Source of the DNA: an uncultured Opitutales bacterium
GTDB lineage: Bacteria > Verrucomicrobiota > Verrucomicrobiia > Opitutales > T3Sed10-336
NCBI GenBank assembly: GCA_964544025.1
Contig: CAZJCL010000001.1
Location: forward strand, 1 to 41,097
Direction: 5' to 3'
DNA: 41,097 nt
Below are positions 24,901 through 36,900 of this stretch, one piece after another (position 1 is the first letter of the stretch; every line of letters starts with the position of its first letter). A program made the translations under genes and the position numbers. The notes below the pieces were generated by a model. That model ran no database searches. It was given only the letters and a program-made list of their open reading frames with translations, and was not told the origin of the DNA.

Positions 24901-27900
24901 ACCGGGCACGGCGGTTCGTGGAAGGCGTTCACCGATAAACGCGGCGGTCATTTTGTTCAATTGGGCGATGTAAATGGCGATGGTTTGAACGATTTTGCCC
25001 GAGTGGTGGCGCATCGCGGACAGACGTTGACCGGTGTGGCGAACTGGACCGGAGACGGGGTTTCTGCAGACGCTCTTTACCACAACGTGGCTCAGGTCTT
25101 CCTCTCCATTCTCGACAAAGATGGCAAAACGGTCGAGTGGGCGGCGGGCAGCGCTGTATCCGATCCGCTCAAGGCGCCGACGCTCCAATTTGAGCCGGAC
25201 GCTCCAGGCTACCGAACCACTCCGGGAGTCGCCGCCACACAGTATCTGCTGGCCGCGTTCAATTACGATGGCGGCGGAACGCTGGTGATGGCGGAGATGC
25301 TCGGAAACAAACTTCACTTCTTCGACGGAACCACCTATGGCGACGCGCCGGAACCGGTCGATCTATCGTTCGAGCGTCCGCTGCCGAAAGTTTTCCGCTT
25401 CCCGCTGGCGTTCCCGAATTACGAAAACACCGATTCCACCTCCTACACCGGCATCGACATCGGAGACCCTGTGACCGGTATCGACCCGAGCGACTCGATC
25501 GCCATTGAGGGCGACCAGCCGCACCAAAACCTTTCGCTGGCGCAACAGTTGGGCGATTTCGATGGCGACGGACATAACGACGTGCTGATCTCGGGTCCGC
25601 TCCACGCCTTCCTCCTCAACGGACCGGTCGACACCATCGGCTTGCAACAGGCGGCGGTTCTCGCGGACCACCAGTTTGACCTCAGCAGCCTTGGCCGCCC
25701 CGCCGAGCGGATGGGCGACATCGACGGCGATGGCCTCACCGATCTCATCTTCTTCCGGACAGATGCGGAGGGAACAATCATCACCATCATCTTTGGTGGA
25801 CGCGTTTTGCCGCGCCTGATCACAGCGGATTCGCTCGACCCGCTTTACGCCCGCCAGATCGTTCTGACTAGCGACGAGTTGCGGACGGTTGATCCGGATT
25901 CCGGAGAAATCTTGGAAATCCAGGTGATGGCGGCCCGGTGGAGCGGCCATCTCAATGCGCAGAGCGGCCATTATTACTACGACCTCGTCGTCTCCAGCCC
26001 GCTGGCGAATTCGAAAAATTCTTATGGCTACGTTTTCGCGGGCGACGTGATCCGGGCGGCCGGCACTCTTGCGAATCCGCTCGACAGCGGAAAGGCGCTC
26101 GTCGATCTCCAGCTATTCACCACGAGCGTCTCAAGCGGACAAATCGACCAACAATTCCCGGTCCGGAATCTCTTCTCGAACAATACGCTCGAATCGTTCG
26201 AAACCGGAATCTATCGTCCCGGAACGGTTCCCGCCAACGCCGGCGACGCCGCGCATGTTACGAACCCGACCCAATCCGGAACCCGCACGCATTCGATCGG
26301 AAACGGACTCACCGGCCACTACACCTCCTGGTACAACCCGGGAATCAATTTCACCCGGATCGATTCGACCGTGAAATTCAGCTGGGACAACGGCGGACCC
26401 GTCGCGGGTATGAACGATCACTTCACGGTCACTTGGAACGGCAGCATCGTTCCGCACACCTCCGGCTGGCATACGTTCCAAACGGTAACCGACGACGGGG
26501 TGCGCCTCGCCGTCAATGGAGAGTGGATCATCAATGCCTGGTACGATCAATCGCCGACCACCCACACCTCGGGTGCCGTGTGGCTGAATGCCGGCACTGC
26601 GTATGCCATCGAAATGCATTACTACGAGAACGGCGGCGGCGCTTCGGCGCATCTTTACTGGCAGACGCCGATCTCCTCCGGCTTCGAAATCGTTCCGCAA
26701 CGCGTGCTTTACACGCAAGCTCCCGCGGCGGGAAGCGCTCCCGTCTACATCGAGGATCTCCGGACCGTCGTCTCAACGATAAACATTGGCGGCCCCTCCA
26801 CCGCGTCGGTCGGTTCGGTGAAGGTCACCCTCGACGAACTTCGTCATACTTGGATCGGGGATCTGATCATTTCTCTGGAATCGCCGGATGGCCGCCGCCA
26901 TACGATTCACAACCGCACAGGCGGCAGCGCGAAGGATATCGTTAATAAAACCATCGATATCGTCGACGGGGCGATCATTGGAACCAAAGCGGCGGGCGAA
27001 TGGAAATTGATCATCGAGGATCATGCGCTTCGCGATATCGGACATCTCGTGAAATGGTCTTTGTCCGTCGAGTCCTATACCGTCAGCGAGACGGTGACCA
27101 ATATCCCGGTTGCCGTGAACGGAAGCGAAGGCAAGATTACCGATGTCGATCTGGTAATTCACAGCTTGAGCACCGGCAGTCTCGACGGCCTCAAGCTCGA
27201 ACTTGTTTCCCCGAATGGCACAACCGTCACCTTGATGGATCGTCTGGGTGGCGGCGGAAAGCGCCTGCTCAACACCGCCTTCGACCGCAGCGCGGTCCTG
27301 TCCATTCTCAACGGATCCGGGCTTTACAGTGGGGCCTTCCGCCCGCAAACGGGCTTAATGGAGGCGTTCGGCGGTGAGGATGCGAATGGCACCTGGCATT
27401 TACGCGTCACCGACCGCTCGCACGAGGGCGTCGGTACCGAAATCGATTTCGACCTGCGCATCCGCACCGACAAAGCTCTCGAATCCGAACTCGCGGTGAG
27501 CGGTCTTCAAGGCACCATTTCCGACGTCGTGCTGAATGTGCGTTTCGCTCATCCGTCCGGGAACGACGTGACGCTCCGGTTGACGGCGCCTGATGGAACT
27601 TTCGTGAACTTGCCGAGCAACGCAACATGGGCCAACCAGTCCGTCGATCGCCACGGCTACGGCACGTTCGTTGTCACGGATTTGGAGAATCTGATTGGCA
27701 AGAATCCAAACGGAACCTGGAAGCTCACCATCGTCGATACCGTCGGCAACCACATTGGCCGCTTGCAAGGCTGGGATCTGGAGATCGCGACCAATCCGAC
27801 AATTTCTCCAATCGCGGTGTCCGGCCTTCCGGCGGGCGTGGTTGATGTGAACGTGTCGCTTCGCCTGAAAGAGAATCCGGCCGATCCGCGTCCGCTCGAT

Positions 27901-30900
27901 CTTAGCTCGATCGGCATCAAGCTCATCGGGCCGACTGGCATCGCGGTCCAGCTGTTCAATTCTGACAAGCTTTCCGGCAATTCGCTCGGCAGTGCGCTTC
28001 GAGCGATCACGTTCGACGACGAGGCTCTTCTCGCCGCGATAGATGGTTCGGCTCCCTATAGTGGTTCGTTCCGCCCAGCCGGTTCGCTCTCCGCTTTCGA
28101 TTTGCTCGATCCGAATGGCAACTGGCATCTCGAAATCACCGATGCCACCGGCGCAATTTCCGGGCTCGTCGAATCGTGGTCGCTCGATTTCGCGTTCGCT
28201 CCGGCCGACGCGGAAGCGCTGAAGGTCTCGGTGGCGGGCGATGTGAACGGCGACGGTCTGGAGGATCTCGGCTTCGTGATCCGCGCTTTCCAAGGTGAAA
28301 CCCAGAATCCGTCGAAGGGTCGCGCGTTTATTCTCCCGGGTCAGTATCTGCCGAACAACAGCGGGGGAGGGCGCCTCCTGGTTTCGACCGGCGGCATCGT
28401 CAACGGGGCCACCATCGCCGATATCATCACTTTCGGCGGCAGTGCGAACGGCCTCGCCGCCGCGGTTCTGGAAATTGGCGGATTGAACAACAACATCCTC
28501 TTCCGCGCGAAGAACGTCGGCAATGCCGGCAATGACTACCACAACGGTTACCGGATTCTCCTCAAATACAACGGCGCGCAACTCGAAGGAGTGCTCGTCT
28601 CCTCGACCGCCTCGAGCCTTACCATCACGATCCGCGACGATCAGGTGACGGCCAACGACGTCCTCAGCGCGATCGCCAGCAGCGTGCATGCCTCCTCCTT
28701 CCGCTCGCATTTCGAAGCCAGTCTTTACGCCGAGTCGCAGGCGCGCCTCTACTCCGATTCGATTTGGCAGGCTACCGATACCTCTATCGGCGGGCGGATC
28801 CAGCCGTTGGGCGACATCGATAAGGATGGGGCTGAAGATTTCGCGATTGTCCGCTTCCGGGAAGATTCCGGCAGCGCGTTGGGCGGCGTGCTCGTTTTCA
28901 AGGGTTCGGCGAATTGGCGCCTAGCCGGCGTGGCCGCGATCGACGCCTCCGACAACGCGTTCCTCCGGCTCCTCCAGGCGAGCGCAGGCGAGTTCGGTTC
29001 CACCTCGATCATCAGCGATCTCGTTGTCACCGCGGGCGATTTCAACGGCGACGGGCGGATCGACCTCGTCGTCGGCCGTCCGGATTTCATCCGCGTGACG
29101 GGACAGAATGACGATTATAATCCGGAAACGGACATCCTGGCCGGCAGCACCCGCGGCAGCGTCTTCATCTTCTTCTCCGTCGCAAGTCGCACGCAGGTCA
29201 ACATGCAGTTGCGCCAAGCCAATCTCATCATTGAAGGGCAGGGGGAAACCGACCGCTTCGGCACGTTGGCGCTCACGCCGAACCTCGATTTCGACCAGGA
29301 TGGTCTCAGCGATCTCACCATCGGGGCCGCGACCGCGAACGGCTCTATCGGCGGGACGCGCGTCGAGGCAGGCCGTCTCTATCTGATTTACGGTGCCCGC
29401 ACGATCGAGGCTCTCCCGCAAGTCGACTTCGACATCCTGACCAACCGTTCGGTCGCTGGCGCGGGCAGTTTCCTGGTCGACACGGGAATCGGCCGTCCGG
29501 ATGTTTTCTACGACGCGGATCTCGACGGCGACGGCGTTCTCGACAGCACACGTTACACGCTCCTGCCGGGCGAGGCGGGCAAGTGGTATCGGTTTACGAC
29601 ATTGGGCGACGGCGCGCTCGGCACGATGATCCGTCTTTCGCCGATTGGTGGCGTGAGCGCCGAGTCGATCGTTTCCGGTCACTCGGGCGTCCTGAAGAAA
29701 GAAGGTAGCGTTTACACCATCGAACTCGGTGGCAGCGCCCTTGAACTGCAAAATCCGGACGATCAGGCGATCATCGAGTTCGATCTCTCCGCTTACCTCG
29801 GCATTCTCGACAATCCGAACACTTTGAAACGCGTTACCCTGCGTCTGGCGGGGGTTTCGGGCGGCGATGTCGTCCTGCCGGACGGAATCTCCTCCATGAT
29901 CGAGATGGCGGACCGGCTCTACTTCGTTTCCCGCGCCGCCGATGGATCGCATTCGCTTTGGATGAGCGACGGCACCGCTTTCGGCACGAGCCAGATCCGC
30001 GAACTTGGCGGCACGCCGGTTCAACTCCTGGAGCGCGGAGGGCGCCTGTTTGTCGTGCAACAATTCGCGGAGCCGACGCGGTTCGAGATTCGCGTGCTGA
30101 ACGAATCCGGCACCGATCTGGTTCTTGTTCACGATAACCTGAGTCATGCGCCATCCGCGATCGCGGCTGCGGCCAACACGATATATTTCATCAGCAACGG
30201 CATCCTCCACCACAAATCCGGCTCGGCCGCCGCGACGCCTGTCGCTTCCGCTTCCGGTCCGGTGGTCAACGCCCGCAACGTGGTTCTCGCCGGCACCGAC
30301 TTCTTCGCCGTCGGTCAGAACCAAGTCTGGCGGCTTTCGGGAGCCAGCGCCTCCGCCGTCGAACGGACGGATGATTTCCGCGAGACGCGTGAACTGAGTT
30401 TCGCCGGAAAATACGCCTTCTTCGTCGCGCCCTACGAAAACGTCAACCGCGTCTGGGCGGTTGATCTCGACGCCGGGGAAGGCATCGCCAAGGTGGTTCG
30501 TTCCGGCACCAACGGATTCCTGAACGGAATCGAGGAAATCGTTGCGGTGGGCAATCGTATTTATCTGCTCGGTACTGGCTCGTCCGGCAGCGATAAACTC
30601 TGGATTTTCGACGGCGATACTTTCTCGATAACGGCGGCGCCTGGCGATCTAACCGATCCATCCAGCCTGACGCCGATGCCTGACGGCCGTTTGGCGGTGG
30701 TGTCCGATGGCAATCGGATCGTCATCTTCAATCCGGCAACTCCGGCCTCGGCACCGCTGGTTGTCCAAGTGTCCGACGTAAGCGAGATCACGGAACTTAC
30801 TCCATTCGCGAATCTTTTCGGGACCGGAAAAGTCGGGTTCCTGTTCTCGGCGAAGACCACCGCCTCTGGAGCGGAGCCGTGGAAACTGACCTTCGGCGGA

Positions 30901-33900
30901 GACGGCACTCCCGCATTTGCGATGGTAGAAGATGTCGATACCGGGACCGACCCGTCCTCTCCCGCCGGCTTCACGTTATTCAACGGCGAAATCTATTTCG
31001 CGGCCGACGATGGAGTGACTGGCAGAGAGCTTTGGAAGATCGCTTCCGATGGCACTTCCGCCTCGCTCGCCCTCGATGCCAATCCCGGCGCGCCCGACGG
31101 AAATCCGGCTGATTTCCTCGTCCACGACGGAAAGCTCCACTTCGTGGCCGACGACGGCCAAGGCCGGCGGATCTTCATCTACAGCGGACCGGTCAATAGC
31201 ATCAGAATCGATCCAGGTGCGAACAACGCGCTCGTATTCAGCCATTCCGCGATGACCGAAGGCACCACGGTCATCCTGCAGCTGGCTCAGGTTTCGACGG
31301 CCCCGGATGCTCCAGACGTGAGCGCCACTTTCTCGGGCAACACCCTCACCGTATTCGTGACGGGCGAGGCGACAGCCAACGATGTCGTCGCCTACTTCGA
31401 GAGTTCGGAGGCGCCGGACGGTTGGAACGTGGAAGTCGAAGGCCAGAACGGAAACGGCCGTATCCTGGCGGGCCGCGTGGTTCTGGCGGGGGGCTCCGTT
31501 GGCACGTCCGCGTATCGCGATATTTCCTTCCCGACGCTCTCGGAGGACTACGTATCCATTCGCTTGAGTAATCTCCCCGGTACGACGACCCCGTTTGATC
31601 TTAACGAACTGACGGTTGTTCTTCGCGTCGCGACCGGCACGTGGGCCCGCTACTCGCAACAACCGTATCAAGCCCGGGCGGAATTCGACGCCGTGACCAA
31701 GACTCTAACGATCGATTACAAGCCGGGCGTGACAACGATGGGCGACATCGCCCGCGCGATCGGCACGGAGGTACTTCCAAACGGAGCGGTGCCGCTGAGA
31801 GCGGAGGTAGTCGGACCGGCCGCGAATGGGTTCAATCCGTTCCCGTTCATTGAGATCACGGCGAATGGCAACGGAAACGCGGTGCAGATTCCATTCGGCG
31901 GATCCATTCTCAGTTTCACGAAAACCGGGAACTCGGTGAGATACATCGAAATCCTTCCATCCACCGACCTGTCCACTGGAGAAAACGCTCACGCGACCTT
32001 CAGCGCTGCCACGGGCGTTGTCACGATTCGGATTCGCAACGGCGTCGCCACCGCGAGCGACGTTGTAGCCGAGGTGAACGGGTTGAGCGGCGCGAATGTC
32101 ACGGCGGCGGCCTCCGGTATTTCCGGTTTGGCCCTCACGGTTCCGGCACCGCTGAGCACGATCGGCGGAACGTTCACCGGCGGGGTCGGCGGCGAATTCG
32201 CCGAAACGACGCTGAATATCGGCGGCGACTCCATCGTTATCACCTCGGCCGCGACGGGAAATATCACCAATCTCTTCCGGCTGGTGGCGGCGGTCGTTGA
32301 TGGCGATGGCGCACCGCTGATGACGTCGGCTCCGGTAAAGGTTATCCGTCATGCGAACGGAAGCTATACGATCTATGCATTGCCTGGAGTCGCTGAGGTC
32401 GGCGATGTCATTTCCGCGCTGAACGCCTTCCGGGTTGAAGGTGCGGCGATGTTCACGGCGGTTGCGGGGACGGGCACGGATGCAGACTCGGTTCTCGATC
32501 TTCCGTTTACCGAGCTCGAGGGAGGCGTGAATTATGTCGCCAACCAAGGAACGTTCACCATCGCCGGACATAACTTCACGTTAACGGCGGTGGGAGCCGC
32601 GAAATTGCCGAGCCACACACCGCGCCTGGTGTTCGATTTGATGGATGGCGACGCCTCCGCCATGGCGAGTATTTCCGGCAACATCCTCACGCTTCGTCTG
32701 CGGGCGCACGGGCAGACCGCGACAACGGTGAAGAATGTTTTGGACGCGTTGGATGGCCTGCCCAACTTCAACGCCGCGACCAGCGCCACCCATTCGACGG
32801 CCATCACCGCTCCGGAAGCGACTTATACTTACACTGGACAATTCGTCATCGGCAGTCACACGTTCACTTTTGCTTACACCGGCTCAGGAACGCCGTTTAA
32901 GACTCATACTCCGTCGATACTCTCCAATCTTGATGGTGCGACCCTTGTCGAAGTGGATATCCATAATTCGTCTCTTCGAGTCCGGATGCACGAGGACGAC
33001 GCGGTTACGGTGGGAGCATTGCTGACGGCACTCAATTCTCTCGGCGGATACACGGTCACGACGACAGCGGACACCTCGGAGAACGTGAGCAAGAACGCCG
33101 CCCCGTCGTTCACCCAGAAGGCGACGGTCAACATCGACGGAAAGGTCTTCCACCTCGAACACGGCTCGTCCGTTGGCGGCATCCGCAACCACACCCCGAT
33201 CGTTTCGTTCAACCGTTCCGGAAGCGACACCCCGCCGGCGACGGCGATGCTCATCGGCGCGACCTTGGCCGTGAACCTTCGCATCAGCGGGACTACCGCC
33301 GCGACGGCCGCCCAAGTGGATACCGCGCTCGATGGCTTGTCCGGTATTTCCTCCTCCACCTCCGCCACCGGTTCCCTCGCATCGCCATCCACCGGTTATA
33401 CGGAAACCGTCGGAGGGAACGCGGCCGTGGCGGCGAGCGGCGAGATCGTTTTCGGTTCGAAAACACTGACGATCACCGCGTCGACGGCCGGAATAGGGGC
33501 AAACGACCTGCGCGTCATTCTTGTTGGCAACGGGCGTAAGGCCGATGACACGGGCGTTCTTTCCGGCGATACCGCCAGCGCGGGTTGGAACGCGGTGACG
33601 AAAACGCTGACCGTCCACTTCGTTCCGGGTGTCACGACGTTCGCCAAGATCGTGAGCGCGATCAACGGAGCCGGCGCGGGCGTTACCGCTTCCTACAGCG
33701 ACAACGCCAGCGATATCGTGCGGCACTTCTCCTCCAGTTTCTCCGGCGGCGTGGACGCCGTTGCGGCCAAGGCAACCATTGCGCTGCCGGACGGACGGGT
33801 GATTACCGTCAGCGGTTCCGCGACCGACGGAGCCAATCACAACGGGAAGTCCTTCTCCATCGTTAGCGGAACCTCGGCGGGCATTTCCGAATCGGGCGGC

Positions 33901-36900
33901 AATTTCGTCCTGACCGTTCTCATCAATTCCACGAAGCTCGCCGACATCAACGCATTGCTCGGTGATGATCACGACCTGACCGCGACGGTTTCCGTCGATT
34001 CGTCGGCACCGCTCTGGAATGCCATGGAGGATGTTCAATCCGCCACTCCGGGCACCGAATCCTCGGTAGAGCTCCGTGCGCCGGGGCCGAAAAATGATAT
34101 CCTCATCCGCGCAACCGGCGCTTACAACGGCTACACTGTCCGCTACGACGTCGGGGCCGTTGGTGAATCACCAGAGGTGCAAATCGATCTTCCCGGGCGT
34201 GTAATTGTGATCGAGATCGAATTCGGAGTCACGACGGCCGCGCAGATCGTCGCCGCGTTGAACGCCGTCGACAATATCGAGGCCGAGCTTCTGGTGGAGA
34301 GCGGCGATACGGGCATCCACGACGGCAGCGGTAAGGTCAATGTTGGACCGGGCCGGGCGGGCGGCGTGCCTTCCATCGCGCTGAACGGTTATTCGAATCC
34401 GCGCAGCCTCTTTATCCTCGGCGGAACGATTCATTTCGTGGCCGACGCGCCGGGAGGCACGAAGATCTGGAAGTTGAACGGTTTATCCGCCGCCGATACC
34501 GGAATAGCGTTGGAGGACGCGAGCCTCTTCTCGGTGGCCGAAGATCGCATTTTCTACATCAGCGCCTCGCATCGTCACCTCGGTTCTTACGCGAACGGAG
34601 TCGACTCCACACTTGATGAAACGGTGATCGACGCGATTCTCGCGGTGGATGGCGACCGAGTCGTAGTTCGCACTGCCACCGGATCGATCCGGATGTTGGA
34701 CGTCAGCGGCGATGTGACCGTTATCGGGCGGAAGTTGCCATGGGGCGCGATGGGTGAATCCATCGCTCATAATGGAGGTTTGGTGGCCATTGAGCGCGGC
34801 GAGATTTCCGACATCCTCTGGCGCATCGACGAAAATGGAGCGACCAAGCTGCTCGAATCGGGAGTGGGCAACCGTTTAGGACAACTCTTCTCGGCCGGAC
34901 CGGGAAATCCGCTCTTCTATGTGGAGTCAGCGATCGGTGCCCAGATCGTTCCGACTCTTTACGCACTCGGCAACGCCGCCGGTTCGACACCGTCGCTTGT
35001 CCGGCCAGGTGCGGGAGGCGATCGTTTCGAGTGGTTCACGGTAATTGGCGACGAACTCGCGTTCATCCATCGAGCCTCCGGTTCGGAGGGCCTTTACAAA
35101 ACCTCGCTCGCTACACCCGGAACGGCGGATGCGGTGGCCAATCTCGCCGGAACGGCTTCGGATTTGACGGCTGTCGGCGGAACGCTCTACTTCCGCCTCG
35201 GCAACGCCCGCGGCACGGCGCTCTGGCAGAGCAATTTGACTCTCTCTGGCACCCAGCGCCTGATGCGCGACGGATCGCCGGTCTCGGATCCAGTGGCCCT
35301 CGCGGGGCTGAACGGCCGCCTTTATTTCGCGGCCAGCCTGGATGGTGTCGCGGGTGCCTTCTGGCGTGTCGATGACGATTCGCTCGATCCCGTGGCCCGG
35401 CCGCTGGTGGAATTCGTGGACGCGAGCGTTCCGGCCCTGAAGGTTTCGATCCTGCATGGCGCGGGCGACGGTGTGGTGAACGCGGCGGATGCTGGCCGCG
35501 ACTCGACACTCGTCCTCAACACCGTGAAGAACGACAACTACACCGAGGTGGACGTCACGGAATTGATCCGCTCGTTGCTCGAATCTGGCATCATGCGCGC
35601 CACCTTCCGTTTGGAACTGCCGGATAGCGTGACGACGTCGCTGGCCGAACCGGTGAAGCTCGCGCACGCTTACAACGGAACCTCCCTCCACGTCGTTACC
35701 GGCGAAAGCGATGTGGTGACCGGCTCGCTCTACTCGGTCGACGGCCGCTTGATCCAGTCCGGCCAGCCGGTCATCGATCTGAGTCAACTTCCGGCGGGCA
35801 CCTATTTCCTCCGCGTGAACGGCCCGACCGATGGCATTTCACTGGAAAACCGGGGCACGGTCGACGAACCGACCGATGGCGGCTCGATCGGCACGGCCAA
35901 GGACTACACCTATTATCTGACCGGCGGTGAACTCTGGCGGACGAACGGATCCTTAATCGCGCCTGTGCGCTTCTCGGACGGTTCGGCTGTTACCGGCGCG
36001 ACGATGGTCGGCGGAAGCGGCGACAGTTTCTACTTCACCCTGAAGAACGCGGGAATCGTGTCGCTCTGGCAGATCACGGGGCAGTTCGCCGCGAAGGTTG
36101 CGGACCTTTCCGGAACCGTGGACGACGCGACCGGAGTGGGCGGGAAACTGATTTTCCGGGTTGGCGCTGTTCTCTACGCGGCCGATCCGGAAGGGATCGA
36201 GACGCTCGAAGATTTCGGAGGCACGGAGATCGGAGAACTTTCTTCCGCGGCGGGACGCGCCCTGTTCCTCGTCGATGGAAAATGGTTCGTTTCGGACGGT
36301 TCAGCGGCGGGGACGCGCGCTCTCGACGCGGTGAGCGCGGGCGAGCGGGATGCCGAATCGGTGGTGGCCATGAACGGCATGCTGTTCTACCTCGTCGAAA
36401 GCGGCGGGAAGTTGACTCTCTGGCGGGCCACGCCGGGCGAGGACGATGGATTTGGAGCCGAACCGCTGAAGGTCGCCGCTTTGTCGGCCGTCACCGGCGC
36501 GACCGGAACTCTCTTGGGTGTCGCGAACGGGCGTCTAATCTTTACTGTTACGACCGCCGCGGGCGTTCAACTTTGGAGCAGCAACGGCCTTGGGGATCCG
36601 GTTCTGAACCTGGGTGGCGGTCAAACAGGTGGAACGGAGAAGGTGGCGGATCTCGGCGGGGCCGCACGTTTCGTCGATACGCGCGACGGCCGCCTCTTCT
36701 TCACCGTGACGACGGTCGACGGCATGGCTCTGTGGTCAACCCGCGGAACGTCGGATTCCACCAGAATGGAAGTCGCCTCGCTGCCGGGCCCGGTCGAAGG
36801 ACACGCGGTATTGAACGGGGTAACCTACTTCATCGCCGGAGCGAGCAATAGTCGCATGCTCTGGAAAATGACGGATGATGGCGTGGAACTCGTCACGTTC

